Source of the DNA: an uncultured Chloroflexia bacterium
GTDB lineage: Bacteria > Chloroflexota > Limnocylindria > Limnocylindrales > CSP1-4
Direction: 5' to 3'
Assembly: GCA_963833225.1 (NCBI GenBank)
Contig: CAWHXD010000008.1
Location: forward strand, 576,001-640,000
Length of the DNA: 64,000 bases
The first letter of the stretch is position 1; the number at the start of each line of letters is the position of its first letter. The translations under genes were made by a program, and so were the position numbers. Positions 1 to 11,718 of this stretch are shown in pieces. The notes under the pieces are model-generated. The model was given only the letters and a program-made list of their open reading frames with translations. It was not told the DNA's origin and did no database searches.

Positions 1-2379
1 TATGACCTCCGAGAACGTGAAGGCGGCCCGCACTGACCGAGATCAGCGCAACGGTCCAGTCGATGAGTTCGCCATCTGCGTTGCTCGCCTGAATGAACTT
101 CCCAAGGGCAATCGAGTCGGCTTTCACCGCATCCGGATGAGTCCGGTATTGGGTGAGAAAGGTGCGGATGACATCCGCCGGCACATTGCGCCAAATGCGG
201 GTCGGCCGCTCCTTGCTAGTGGATGCCACGAAGTGCGGCCCCAGAGTCGAGACCAAGCGCTCCGTGGCGCCGAGGTTGTTCTCGATAACGTCACGGCGAA
301 ACGTGATCGTCTCGGCGGTGCTGTCGTTGAAGGTCACTCGGATGGTTCTGGCGTATCGCATCTTTGATGGCGCGGTGACCATCAGCCCATCGGGGCTCTT
401 CGCGTACCCGGAGTCCGAAGGTCTCGGGTGTCTGGTGCGAGGCGACCATTTCATCAAAGAGTTCCATCAGCTCCTCGTTCGCCTCGGTCACCTGTGCGTA
501 CCAGCGAATGAGCTCCGGGGTCGTATAGAGGCGGCATAGGTCGTCGTAGCCAGGTCGGTAGCCAAACCAGCGGCCCATCTGCATGAGCGTGTCGTACATC
601 CTGGACGCGCGCAGGAAGTAGCTGACACGTGAGGCCCTCGAGCGTGAGGCCGCGCGACGAGCTTGTCGCCGCCGACCGCGATCACCGTGAGTCCGGTTCC
701 GGCGTTCTCGACGTAGTCGAGCACGTCTCTCCGCCGTGCCGTTGACCTCCTTGACCCGATCGTCGCCGTGATCGGCTCGAGCACGTGCTTGCGAACGTCG
801 TCCCAAGCCAGTTCGGCTCCAGGGGGCCATCGACCGACGTCGTCGGCACGAAGTCGCGCTGCCACAGGTCGCTCGAGTTCGGCCCACGCGGACCCTGCGT
901 CACCGTCTCCGTATCGCAGGCGCCGGCGAAGCTGGTCAACCTCCTCCTTCACGACTTCTGACGACCTGCCTCTGCACGGCGGTGAAGCGGGTGACGTGGA
1001 CGAGCATCGAGTTGTGCGTCTGCCGCTGACCTCGCGCCGCGCGCGCCGCGGCTGCGAGCAGGAAAGCGCGCACCGCCTCAACGAGCGATGGCAGGGAGTT
1101 CCGTCGACCTCAGCGCTCTTCTTGTGCCTCGTCGGCAGCCAATCCTCGTTGTCCTTGACACTGCGGATAACGGGGAGAGGCTCCTGCGCGGTGGCTCCGT
1201 CAGGGTCTCGGCCGAGGCCAAAGACCTGTACGGGGCCCATGTAGTTGGACGGGGGCAGCAGGTTGATGATGAAGCTGCGCGGGAAAGAGACCGTCGCCGA
1301 TGTACGCCGAGTCCTGTCATTCGACCGGCTGAGGATGTTCGCGAACGGTGTGGCTGTGTATCCGACGTAGGCCTTCTTCTCGAAAGCCGCGAGGAGCGCT
1401 CGGATCTGGCCGTTGATGGTCGAGGGTCGCACCTCCTCGTCCGGCGACGCCGTCCTCGTCGAGCGGGACGTCCCCGTGGCCTCGGCTGTGTCAACGGAGG
1501 CGTTGTCGGCCTCGTCATCGATCACGAGCAACGGAACGTCGCGAACGACCTTTCGGCCGGTGACCGGGTCCTCGACCTGCGTAAGGGTCGTCGCCCATTG
1601 GGTCACGTTCGCCAGGATCGACCTGTTCTTCTTGACGACGAGCAGCACAGGGTCTGCCCCAGCCGACCATAACGTTCTGGGTCTGCGCGACTCGCAGGCT
1701 GAAGTCTCCTCTGTCCGCACTACTCGTGAGTGGGTGGACGTTGAGCAGCCGGAAAGCCTGGCAGTTCGCCAACGCCCATCCGGATCGTGAGGCCGTTCGT
1801 CCGGAGCCTTCGCTGCGTGTCAAAGCCAAGGAAGCCCTCGTCGAGCCTGACCTGCGTCTGGCTTCGTAGGCTGTTATGTAGGCCCGCCAGAACGATGATC
1901 AGCCGGTACCCGGCATCGGACGCCTTCGCAATCAAGCCGATGTACGTCGAGGTCTTGCCAGACTGGACCCGACCGACGACCAAGCCGCGCCTATCCCATG
2001 CGCCGGCTCGGCGCGGGTCCTCCAATCGACTGAGTATCTCGTCGGTCACCTCGTCGAGGCGACGGACTACCCCTCGAGGCCAGTTCATTCTTCGCTCAAG
2101 AAACGCCTCGTAGCGTTCCCAGAACGGCCACCTGACACCGGCCTTCGCGGTCTGTAGCCATTCCTCGTGGCCCCTAGGATCATCGAGGATCTGTCCCGTC
2201 GGGACCCAGACCATGCACCGAGTCTCGAGTTCCCAACCAAGCTCCTCGAGGGTCGTGTGGTCATCGGGGTGGAGGATCTTCCACGTTGACAGCCGAGCCC
2301 GCCGCAACGACTCAATCTCCTCCGGGGTCGGGGTATCGGAGAGCAGGCTCAGGGCGGAGCCAATGAGGCTGCGATTCAA
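1..2379 (-). CDS. Z1-domain protein (MzaC-like), frameshifted in assembly, runs off left edge
   Basis: Pieces across ORFs 1720-3174, 488-1720 and 291-887: GLVVGRVQSGKT, IIVLAGLHNSLRSQTQ, LVIDDEADNAS, YVGYTATPFAN, SYFLRASRMYDTLMQMGRWFGYRPGY. Probable TTG start overlaps the upstream stop (TTGA). Confidence 0.88.
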
Positions 2380-3880
2380 CGTGACCCTCGCTCGTCTGGC
2401 ACAAATGCCGCCGCGACTATTCCCGGAAAACGGTCGGAGCCCTCCATGCTGTGCAGGAGGCGAATGATCGTCGTCGTCAGCCATGCCCTGCCCGCGAAGC
2501 TGATCCCTCGCTTGCCGCACCATTTGGCCCATCTCGGCGGCCGTGACGGAGTCAAATGCAGCAGGCTGCTGCTCCGGACTTTCAGCATGGTCGATTGCAA
2601 TCAGCGGAATTGGGATCGTCTCTTCGATGAGGCGCAGTGCGGCCGCTCGCTCCGCCTTGTTTGAGTCTGCCCTCAGGATCGCCGCAATGGCCGGATGATG
2701 CCTATTGATCCGATAGCGGATGCGGTTGGCCTTCTGTTCGCGGGTCCAAACGAAGACTGCTTCGCTGCCGATGCTCGAATCACGGGCGATGATCTTGCCT
2801 CGATGTCGGTAGACGTCGATGGCGCGAGCCCGGGTCTTCTGCGCTATCCGGCGCAGGGTGTCACGAATTGGGCCGGGCGGGTGGGCGGTCGCCTTCCGAA
2901 CATCGAGCTGCCACTGCTCATCCATGGCATTTGGGATCTCGATGCTAATGCGAGCCAGCTTGGCGTGTTCTTCCTTCTGGAAGCCGAGTCCGAGCCAACT
3001 GCCCGCAACGATGAGGCGACGGTTACGATGGACGTAGAATCCCTGTTGCGCGTTCCAGCCGTGCTCACCTGCAGCCCGGCGAAATTCGGCGTCCGACAGT
3101 CGTGTGTGATGGGGTAGCACGTAGGCCCTAACCGTAGCTTGGTGCCCTCGGTAGGTGATTGTCTCCTCGCCCACGACTGCGTTGCCACATGGCCGCCTAG
3201 GAACGGGTCCCAGCTCTCAATGGGGTGCCCATTGAGGTAGATCGCCAGCGCCGTCTTCCCGGCGAGGTAGCCGTGGAAGGTGGCCGCGAGGTGCGCTTCG
3301 AGTTGTTCCACCTGCAGGAGGAACCGACCGCGCGCCTTCGCATCGTCAGCAGCCGCATCGCCAACGACGCGGTCCATTCGACGCCAGAGGACGCCGGTGC
3401 CGGATTCTGCGCGCTCGACCGGAAGGAGCCCGCGGCTCCGATCATCGATCTGCCTAGGAGTCGCCACTCGCCGCACGCTGCGACGACGTCCAGGTCCCAT
3501 CGTCGCTCCGCAATAGTGCCATCGCGGTTGGAGCGGACCGTCAGCTCCCGCGCCTGCGAGAACGAGGCAGTCTTGAGCCCGAGCCGAAACCTCCGAGGTC
3601 ATCGCTTCGGCGGACATCGCGAGGACTCCGCGACCCGGCGCGCATCGCCTCCTTGAGGTCTGACTCGGTCATGCCCGTGCCGTCGTCGATAACAGAGATC
3701 CACGACTCCTGGACCTGCCCAGTGCGCGGTGATCCAGATGCTTCGAGCCTTCGCGCCGATACTGTTGTCGATCAGATCGGCAACTGCAGCCGGCAGGGTA
3801 TATCCGAACGCCCTGAGTGATTCGACGAGCGCTCCTGCTCGAGGCTCAGCGATTTCGAAGTCCCCGTCGCCTGGCTCCAT
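2376..3880 (-). CDS. MutL/MORC-type GHKL ATPase (MzaB-like), frameshifted
   Basis: ESLRAFGYTLPAAVADLIDNSI (GHKL N-box), QQGFYVHRNRRLI, KLARISIEIPN..D.QWQLDVRK, YRINRHHP. Spread over 4 ORFs. Confidence 0.85.
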
Positions 3881-4037
3881 CAGAATGCCTCTCGCCGCGA
3901 AGGCGGCCGCCATGTACGTGTCGCTGCCCCGTCGGACCGTGATTGTGCCATCGGGCTGCGCCGATAGGCGCCGCCGGCAGGTGGCCTGACCCTCGGCACA
4001 GGCTCGTTGGTCGCGGCTGTCGGCAGCCGCGGCAAGC

Positions 4038-7000
4038 TCACACCCGCTCCGGACACATCGCCCGATAGTTGCACCAGCGGCAGACGGCGCCCGGGTTGGC
4101 CGTGAACTCGCCGGCGCGGATCGTCCTCACGCGGGCAAGGATCTCATCGCGCGCAACGTCCAGCTCCTCGTCGGTGCGGACGGTGGACTGGCGGGTGCCG
4201 AGCTCGGTGTAGTAGAGGGTCAGCTGCTCGGGCGTGCCGAGGCCCAGGGCGTCGCGGCAGGCGAGGGCGTAGATGGTGAGCTGCAGGTTCTCGTCGACGC
4301 CCTTCTGGCTCCGCGGGCTGCCGGTCTTGTAGTCGATGACCTCGATGCCGCCGGACGGGAGGCGGTCGATGCGGTCGATGCTGCCGTGGATCTTCACGGG
4401 CGCGCTGCCGTCATCGGGCTCCAGCACGAGATCGAATCGCTGCTCCTCCGATAGCGCCTCCCCTACCGACGCGAGCTCGCCGCTCCAGAAGTTGTCCAGG
4501 AGCCGGCCGACGCGTCGCCCAAAGGCCTGCTCCTCGGTCCGGTCGCCAAAGCCGGTGGACTGCCAGTTGGCGGCGAACAGCCGCTCGAGATCCTCGCGGG
4601 TGGGCGCGGGCTCGCCGCGGGCGATGCGCTCCCGCCGCTCGCTGGTGAAGGCCTCGAAGGCGGCATGGGCGGTCGATCCGAAAGTGAGGGGCGCCTGGGG
4701 ACGGGCGGGCTCGGGGATCCGGTAGATGTACTCGAGGGCGTAGGCGAGGCCGCATCGCTCGAACGCGTTGAGGGCGGAGTAGCTGAAGTGCCCGGGCACG
4801 GGCGCGACATCGAGCAGGCTCGAACCGGCGGCGGTGTCGAGGGCGAGGTGCCGGAAGGTGAGGGGGTCGAGGCCGGCGGCCCGCGCCTGGTCCGCGACGG
4901 CTGCGGCGCCGCGCCCGATCTCGGCGAGCTGGGCGGCGAACGCGTCGCGGGCGCCCTCGGCCTCGGGATCGGTGGCGACGGTGGCCTCCATCAGGCCCAC
5001 GAGCTCGGCGGCGCGGAGGCGGCTGGCGAGTCGCCGCTCGCGGGCGGTGGGCAGGGGCATGACGCGGCGAGCGGTGGTCAGCGCATCGGACACCCTGTCG
5101 GTGGTGCGCGCCGGGCTGTCGGGCGCGACGCCGCCGTTCGCCGGGCGGACCAACGGTTCGCCCCAGGGGACGTTTGGTTCGCCCGTGGGCCCATTCGTGG
5201 GCTGTGAGGTCGCGCCGGCAAACGAACCGGCCGGTGAGCGGGGCAGTTGTTCGTTCGAGCGGACGGTTGAGCCGGTGGGCGGATCGCCGGCCGAGGGCAG
5301 CCCGCCGGCCGAGGGCAGCCCGCCGGCCGAGGGCAGCCCGCCGGCCGGCGGCGGCTCGCCGGTCGAGGGCAGGGTGCCGGCAGTGGTGGGCAGCGCACCA
5401 GGCCCGGAGCCCGCGCTATCCGTGCGATCCACCACACGAAGCTCCTCCCCCGCCCCGTCCCGCAGCTCGCCCACGAACCGCGACGGCTCCTGCCCCTCGA
5501 CCCCGGCGGGCGAGGTCAGGATGAGCCGCTCCTGCGCCCGGGTCATCGCCACGTACAGGAGCCGCCGCTCCTCGTCGGTGTGGATGTCACCGGTGGGGAC
5601 GGCCTCGCGCAGCAGCTCCCGCGGGAACCAGCCGGCGCCCTGCTCGCGAATGGGCCACTCCCCTTCCAGCAGGTTGGGGACGATCACCACGGGGAACTCC
5701 AGGCCCTTGGCCTGGTAGAGGGTCATCAGCCGGACGCCGTCGACGTCCTCGGTCAGCTCCACGCTGGTCGGCAGCTCGCCCCCGGCGGCCTTGTAGGCGT
5801 CGAGGTAGTCCACGAAGTCCGCGAGGGTGCGGGCGGGATTGGCTGCCTGCCAGTCGGACGCGAAGCGCATGAAGCTGGCGATGTTGACGACGGAGCGCCG
5901 GGCCTCGAGGGTGGCGGCGGCGAGGAGGTCCAGGACGACGCCCGTCCGCTCCAGGTACCGCTCCAGGATGGTGTACGGACCCTCGCGCCAGGTGAGCGGG
6001 TTGAGCTCCTCGATGGCGCCCAGGAGCATCCGCAGCTTGGCCCGGAGCGTGAGCGGGACGGCGGCCAGCTGCCGCCACGGCTCGCGGGACTGGCCGGTGT
6101 CCTCGTCGATGACGTCTTCGTGCTCCTGGCCCTCCTCCACCATGCGCTGCGCCGCGTCGGCGAGGCGGCTGCGGTCGAAGCGGGCGTCGCGGGCGACCCG
6201 GAGGATCTCCAGGGCGTCCATCCGCCACGGCCCGGCGGTCATCATCCGGACGAGGGCGGCGTCGTCGTGGGGATCCGCGATGGCCCGCAGGCCCTGCTCC
6301 AGGTCCCGGATCTCGGGCGCCTCGAACAGCGACAGCCCGCCCACCACCGTGTACGGGATGTCCTCGGCCCGGAGCCGCTCGACGATGGCGTCGCGGTGCC
6401 TGTGCTTGCGGTAGAGGACGGCGATGTCGTTCCAGCGGCGGCCCGTGGCGGTCCCGTGGCCGTCGGCCGGACCCGCGTGCGCGCGGATCTCGTCCACGAT
6501 CGCGACGGCCTCGTCCTCGATCCCGGCGCAGACGTGGAGCTCCACCGCGATCCCCGCTTCCCGGTCCGTCCACAGCCGCTTGTCGGGCTCGAAGCGGGTG
6601 ACGTTGCGCTCGATGAGCCGGTTGGCGGCCTCGATGACATGGCCGGTGCTGCGGAAGTTGCGATCGATGCGGAGGCGGCGCGGCGGATCCGGCGGCGGCG
6701 AGCCTGGCGCGTGCGCGGGCGGCGCCGAGAACCGGGTCATGAGCTCCGCGAAGGCCGCGAACGACGCTCCCCGGAAGCGATAGATCGACTGGTCGTCGTC
6801 GCCCACCACCATCACGTTGTCGGGCCGGTCGGGCGTGCGGCCGAGGAGCTCGATCAGCTCGATCTGGGCGACGTTGGCGTCCTGGAACTCGTCAACGAGG
6901 ATGTAGCGGAACTGGCGCTGCCAGCGACGAAGGACGTTGGGCCGCGTCTTGAACAGCCGCGCGACCAGGGCGATCTGCTCGCCGAAGTCGAGCGCCCCGC

Positions 7001-7920
7001 GAGCGCCCAGCTCCTGCTCGTAGGCGCGGTAGACGCGGGCCAGCTCCTCGAGGCGCATGACCTCGAGGGCCGCGCCGTCCCGCTCGTAGTCCGCGGCGAG
7101 GGTGTCGATCCGGGCCTGGTCGTCTCGGCCGAACTGGTGGCGGCTGCGCGCATGACCGTCTCCACCCACGGTCCGCCTTGCCTCGCGGTCCGCGGCCTTC
7201 TCGACCATCCGCGGCTCCCAGTTGCGCTCCTCGCCCGCCGTCTCCGCGCGCTCGTTCGCCCGCAGGCCGGCATAGGCGCCGCGCACCGACCGCAGCGGGC
7301 GCGAGATTGCCCTGGGTTTCGAGCCGTTCGGGGGCGCCGCTGAAGGAGCCATACCGGCGCTCGTATTCCCGGCGCTCGGTCTCCACGAACGCGTCGAAGT
7401 CGTCCGGGTCCACCAGCTCGTCCTTGGCCCGGTTGATGAACTGGACGAACCCGGGGAACGACCAGTCGCTGTGGTAGCGGAGATCCAGGGCGTGGCGCAG
7501 GTCGCGCAGGAGCAGCAGCTGGCCCACGCCGTCGAGGACGTCCGGCCTGGCCGGCAGCCCTGCATCGCCGGCGCTCTCGGTGAGCACGTGCTGGCAGAAG
7601 CTGTGGAAGTTGCTGACCGTGATCCTCGCCCGGACCGCGGGGCCCACCGCCTCGTCCAGTCGCTCCTGGAGCTCCCGCGTGGCCTTGACGTTGTACGTCA
7701 GGACCAGGATCTGCTCGGGGACCAGCGGGCCCCCGAACGGATCGCCGTGGCGGGGCGTGGGCTCCGCCGCCAGGTTGCCGCCGGGGTCGCCCTTGGACTC
7801 CAGGAGCCAGCGCACCCGCTCCACGATGACGCGCGTCTTGCCCGTCCCGGCCCCCGCGATGACGACGATCGGGCCGTCCTCGGCCTCGACGATCGCGCGC
7901 TGCTCGGGGGTCAGGTCCAT
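4038..7920 (-). CDS. UvrD/PcrA-family helicase fused to C-terminal PD-(D/E)XK Fe-S nuclease (AdnAB/AddAB-like); frameshift ~7290
   Basis: AGAGTGKT, VDEFQD, VGDDDQSIYRFRGA, NFRS, AKGLEF, RRLLYVAMTRA. C-terminal GSIDRID..VIDYKTG and CRWCNYRAMC. Confidence 0.9.
5287..5346. repeat. 18-bp in-frame tandem repeat (GGLPSA x3) in helicase linker
   Basis: ccggccgagggcagcccg repeated 3 times. Confidence 0.85.
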
Positions 7921-7921
7921 C

Positions 7922-8443
7922 TCAGTAGCGGTAGAGCGAAGCGACAAACGGGACGCGGTTGAACAGCATCAGCCCGATCGGCAGCGTGATGATCAGGAGG
8001 CACAGGGCATACCCGATCGACATCACCACCGCGGACGCCCACCAGCCCACGAACACGAACCACAGCCCGCGCGCCCACCAGGGCGGCTGGTCGATGGTCG
8101 CCTCGGTGGTGAACGTGCGCCCGGAGGCGTCCGTCCAGGCGTAGACGTAGCTGGTGCGCGGCCGGAGCGTGAGGACCGTGGGAATGCGGTTGATCAGCCA
8201 GATCCCGAGCGGGAGCCCGATGATCGTGATCATCGAGAACCACGCGATACCGGCGACGAAACCCGTCAGCCACCAGCCCACGAAGAGGAAGTAGAGGGCA
8301 CGAACCAGCAGGCCCGGCCCACTCTTCCGCTCCGCGACCACCCTCACCCCGTGGGGCGCGGGCTGAGGGGTTGGCGGGGGCGCGTGCTGGGGCGTGGGTG
8401 GGGGTGCGTACGCGGGCGGCCGCGGCGGAAGCGGCTCGGTCAC
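7922..8443 (-). CDS. YccF-domain inner membrane protein
   Basis: Two repeats of (L/W)YFLFVGWW...ITIIGLPLG, typical of YccF. Confidence 0.8.
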   Translation of the reverse strand: MTEPLPPRPPAYAPPPTPQHAPPPTPQPAPHGVRVVAERKSGPGLLVRALYFLFVGWWLTGFVAGIAWFSMITIIGLPLGIWLINRIPTVLTLRPRTSYVYAWTDASGRTFTTEATIDQPPWWARGLWFVFVGWWASAVVMSIGYALCLLIITLPIGLMLFNRVPFVASLYRY

Positions 8444-8513
8444 GCGACGCCTCCTCGCGATTCGACCCGGATCATCAGGGGCATCATCGATCCTCTCTGT
8501 GACAGGTTGGGTG

Positions 8514-10235
8514 TCATCGTCGCAGGCGCTCCGCGAGCGCCGGTGGAGCGATGACCACGAGCTGGGTGGTCGCCCGGGTCAGCGCCGTGTACAGCAGGGC
8601 GTCGAGCCGAGGGGAATTGGCGGACAGCTCGCACACGATGATGACCGGCCGCTCCAGGCCCTTGAAGCGGCGAATGGTCTCGAACGGGACGATCCCGTTG
8701 TCGGGCGGCGGTTCCGGGACCTTGTCGGCCGGCAGGCGGAGCGACTGCCCCTCGTCGTCGATGGCCCCGTTGCACAGGACGGCGCTGCCGAACGTCCGAT
8801 GTCGCCAGACCTCGCTGTGGGGCGCGCTCTGGCCCGAGAGGACCGCCACGTCCCAGCTGCGGACCTCCTCCTCGACGAGCAGCCGGTGAAGGTGGCGTCG
8901 CACCGCCTCGACGGTCTCCCGGCCCGGCTCCGCGATCTCGATGACGGGGGCCCGTCCGGTGTCCGCGATCGCGATGGGCGCAAACGGCCCGTGGTAGAAG
9001 CCGGCCGCGAGTGCAGCGACCGGCGCTGGCGACCGATAGTCCTCGAACAGCTCGATCCTCGGCAGGCCCAGCTCCGCGACCCGGTCGTCACGGATGAGCG
9101 CCTGGCCCGGGTCGTGGAAGATCCAGAGCACGTCCTCATCCGGGGCACGAAGCAGGAATCCGAGCGATTCCAGCCACGCGAGCTCGAAGTCCTGGCCCTC
9201 GTCGACCACGATCGCCTGGAAGCGCTCGTCGGGGAGCGCGTCGATGGCGCGGTCCAGGGCGGTGGGCAGGGCGACATCCCACCAGCCCGTCGGCAGCGGA
9301 TCGGACTTCTCCGGCAGGGTGCCTGCCCGTGCGCCCAGGGTCTCGCACAGCTGGTGGAACGTGGACACGACCGGGCGGCGATCGGGCGGCTCGCCGTCGT
9401 CCCCGATCTCGTGCATGACGGCCGTCGCGAGCGGCTGGTTGAAGCACACGAACAGCGTCCGCCAGCCCTCTCTCGCGAGGCGGCGCGCCTTCTCGATCGC
9501 GACCAGGCTCTTGCCGCTCCCCGCCGGCCCCACGACGTCGAGGCGGCGCGTCGTCCGGTGCTGGTTGAGCACCAGTCGCTGCGCGCGGGACGCATCGAGC
9601 AGCCGCCCCTGCCCCTCCTCGACATCCCGCCGCAGCAGGCGGTGCAGGCTGACGACCGGGGCGAGGAACTCGTCGATGCGGCCGAGCTGGGCGTCCGTCA
9701 GCGGGTAGTCGCGGGACCCGTCGCCCACCCACCAGGCCCAGGTGCGGTCGAGGGCGCGGCGCGTCGCGTGATCGTCGGCGAGGTCCGCCGCGTCGAGGAT
9801 CAGCTCGCGCGGCGCATCCGGGCCGAGCAGGACGTGGCCGCGAGGCAGGGTCGCGAGATCGGCGTCGGGGAACGCGACCGCGTGCCCGCAGCGGGGGCGA
9901 TGGCCGGCCGGGAGCGACAGCACCTCGCAGACCGCATTGACGAGGTCCCGCTTCGCCGCCTCGGCCTGCTCGAACGGGCTGCGATCGAGCGGGTGGCTGC
10001 CGATGAACCAGCTCCCGCCGCTGTCCCTGCCCGGTTCGCCGGCCTTGGTCTCGATCACGAGCAGGCCGTACTCCGGATGGACGATGACGAGGTCCGCCTC
10101 CCCGTCGTGCGCGGGCTTGTCGCGGCGTGAACGCGCGACGAAGCGCACGTTCGCGTAGAGGCGCGCGCCCTCGGGCAGGGCGTCGCGGATGCGTGCTTCG
10201 CTGTGTTGCTCGGCCTGTGTTCCCAGGACCCCCAA
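8514..10235 (-). CDS. NERD nuclease + SF1 helicase fusion
   Basis: GEADLVIVHPEYGLLVIETK (NERD), GPAGSGKS, VVDEGQD, FKGLERP, LYTALTRA. AAGGAG RBS precedes TTG at 10235. Confidence 0.85.
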   Translation of the reverse strand: MGVLGTQAEQHSEARIRDALPEGARLYANVRFVARSRRDKPAHDGEADLVIVHPEYGLLVIETKAGEPGRDSGGSWFIGSHPLDRSPFEQAEAAKRDLVNAVCEVLSLPAGHRPRCGHAVAFPDADLATLPRGHVLLGPDAPRELILDAADLADDHATRRALDRTWAWWVGDGSRDYPLTDAQLGRIDEFLAPVVSLHRLLRRDVEEGQGRLLDASRAQRLVLNQHRTTRRLDVVGPAGSGKSLVAIEKARRLAREGWRTLFVCFNQPLATAVMHEIGDDGEPPDRRPVVSTFHQLCETLGARAGTLPEKSDPLPTGWWDVALPTALDRAIDALPDERFQAIVVDEGQDFELAWLESLGFLLRAPDEDVLWIFHDPGQALIRDDRVAELGLPRIELFEDYRSPAPVAALAAGFYHGPFAPIAIADTGRAPVIEIAEPGRETVEAVRRHLHRLLVEEEVRSWDVAVLSGQSAPHSEVWRHRTFGSAVLCNGAIDDEGQSLRLPADKVPEPPPDNGIVPFETIRRFKGLERPVIIVCELSANSPRLDALLYTALTRATTQLVVIAPPALAERLRR

Positions 10236-10389
10236 GTAGGCTCCTTCCGACTCCCCCGCTCCCTTGTCAGGGACGCTACCGGAGCGTGGGGGCGCGCGCA
10301 CCGGTACGTCTGTCCCGGAAGGAGGGCGCCGACTGGCCCTGATCGGGCGCCTGGCAGGGCAGGTCCCGGCGCATTCCGGTCCGAGCGCG

Positions 10390-10490
10390 ACCTGGTGCGG
10401 GCCCGCACCAGGTCGCGGGCTCCGGGTCGGGTCGCGGGCTCCGGGTCGCGGGCTCCGGGTCGCGGGTTCCGGGTCGGGTCGCGGGCTCCG
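10390..10490. repeat. GC-rich short tandem repeat (ccgggtcgcgggct-like)
   Basis: Several degenerate 14-19 bp units in the intergenic region. Confidence 0.7.
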
Positions 10491-10824
10491 GACGCCTGAA
10501 CCGGCGCAGCCCGGTCCGATTCGGGCGTCTCGCGCCCCACGTGTCACGCGGCGGGGGCGACCGCGCAACAGGCGAGGCTCGGGACGCCCAGTGCGTCGCG
10601 CGACGGAACCGTTGGGGCGCCGGGCGCCCAGCGCCGGCGCGGACTCCCGAGGCGCGGGGCCCGGGCGCCGGGCGCCCAGCGCAGGCGCGGGGGCGCGGGG
10701 CCCGCCACGCGGACTCCCCGGCGGGGGCTCGAGCCCCACCCACGCAACCGAACGGCCGCCATCGGCGTCAGGGTGGCGACCGGCCACCATGACGCCGCTC
10801 CCCCACCCTCGTGAGGCACCATCG

Positions 10825-11631
10825 ATGAGCTCCAACCCGACCCCCGCTCCGACCGCCACCTCCTCAACCTCCCAGGCGATGCGCTGGGCTCTGCTCGCCG
10901 GCGCGGGTGCGCTGCTGGTTGGCCTGGTCGCGGGCCCGGTCCTCGCCGGCGCCGTGGCCCCCCGCACCTACGCCCCCACGAACGGCGCCACGGACCAGCC
11001 GCCGGAGCACACGATCTCGGTCGCCGGCTCGGGCAAGGTCGTGGTCGTCCCCGACATCGCCACGGTGCGCCTCGGCGTCGTCATCGAGCGCAACACGGCC
11101 AAGGCGGCCCGCACCGCGGCCGCGGAGGCCATGACCAAGGTCGTCGCCGCGGTGAAGGCCCTGGGCATCGACGACAAGGACATCGCGACCGCCAACGTGT
11201 CGCTCCAGCCGGTCTACGACTATCCCAACAACCAGTCGCCCAAGATCCGCGGTTACCAGCTCCAGAACATGATCACGGTCACGGTCCGCGACCTCGACAA
11301 GCTGTCTGACGTCCTCGACAACGGCGTCCGGGCCGGCGCCACGTCGGTTGACGGCGTCAGCTTCGACGTCTCCGATCGCACCGCCAGCGAGGCGAAGGCC
11401 CGCGAGGCGGCCGTCGCCGATGCCAAGGCCAAGGCCGAGGCGCTCGCGTCCGGGCTGGGCGTCCGCATCGAGGGCGTGGCGTCCGTCTCCGAGCAGGTCT
11501 CGACGCCGGTCTGGTACGACCGCATGTACGCGGCCGGTGACATGGTGGCCGAGGCCGCACCGCAGACCCCGGTCATGCCGGGCACGACCGACGTCGTGAT
11601 CACGGTCCAGGTGACCTTCCTGATCCCGTAA
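10825..11631 (+). CDS. SIMPL (DUF541) domain protein
   Basis: N-terminal TM/signal, ISVAGSGKVVVVPDIATVRLGV, AREAAVADAKAKAEALA. Confidence 0.9.
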   Translation: MSSNPTPAPTATSSTSQAMRWALLAGAGALLVGLVAGPVLAGAVAPRTYAPTNGATDQPPEHTISVAGSGKVVVVPDIATVRLGVVIERNTAKAARTAAAEAMTKVVAAVKALGIDDKDIATANVSLQPVYDYPNNQSPKIRGYQLQNMITVTVRDLDKLSDVLDNGVRAGATSVDGVSFDVSDRTASEAKAREAAVADAKAKAEALASGLGVRIEGVASVSEQVSTPVWYDRMYAAGDMVAEAAPQTPVMPGTTDVVITVQVTFLIP

Positions 11632-11669
11632 CCCGGAGCCGCTCGCGCGGCCCGTCACCCCACGAACGA

Positions 11670-11699
11670 CAACGCGCCGGGCACCCGCCCGGCGTGTTG
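11670..11699. terminator. hairpin between convergent genes
   Basis: caacgcgccgggc-accc-gcccggcgtgttg. Confidence 0.6.
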
Positions 11700-11718
11700 C
11701 GATGAATCGCGCCCGCGT

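Noticed and set aside
1720-3174. ATPase-Z1 fusion protein, and likewise the iolE-transketolase fusion at 25363-27255
   Set aside because: Produced by frameshifts. Separate overlapping stop and start codons exist at 2376-2379 and 26268.
4038-4800. Cas4 gene
   Set aside because: The Fe-S PD-(D/E)XK domain is fused to a UvrD helicase (Adn/Add-like) and there is no cas context.
10270-10800. Long N-terminal extensions of the NERD-helicase and SIMPL ORFs
   Set aside because: Low-complexity GC repeats read through in frame; better starts exist at 10235 (with an RBS) and 10825.
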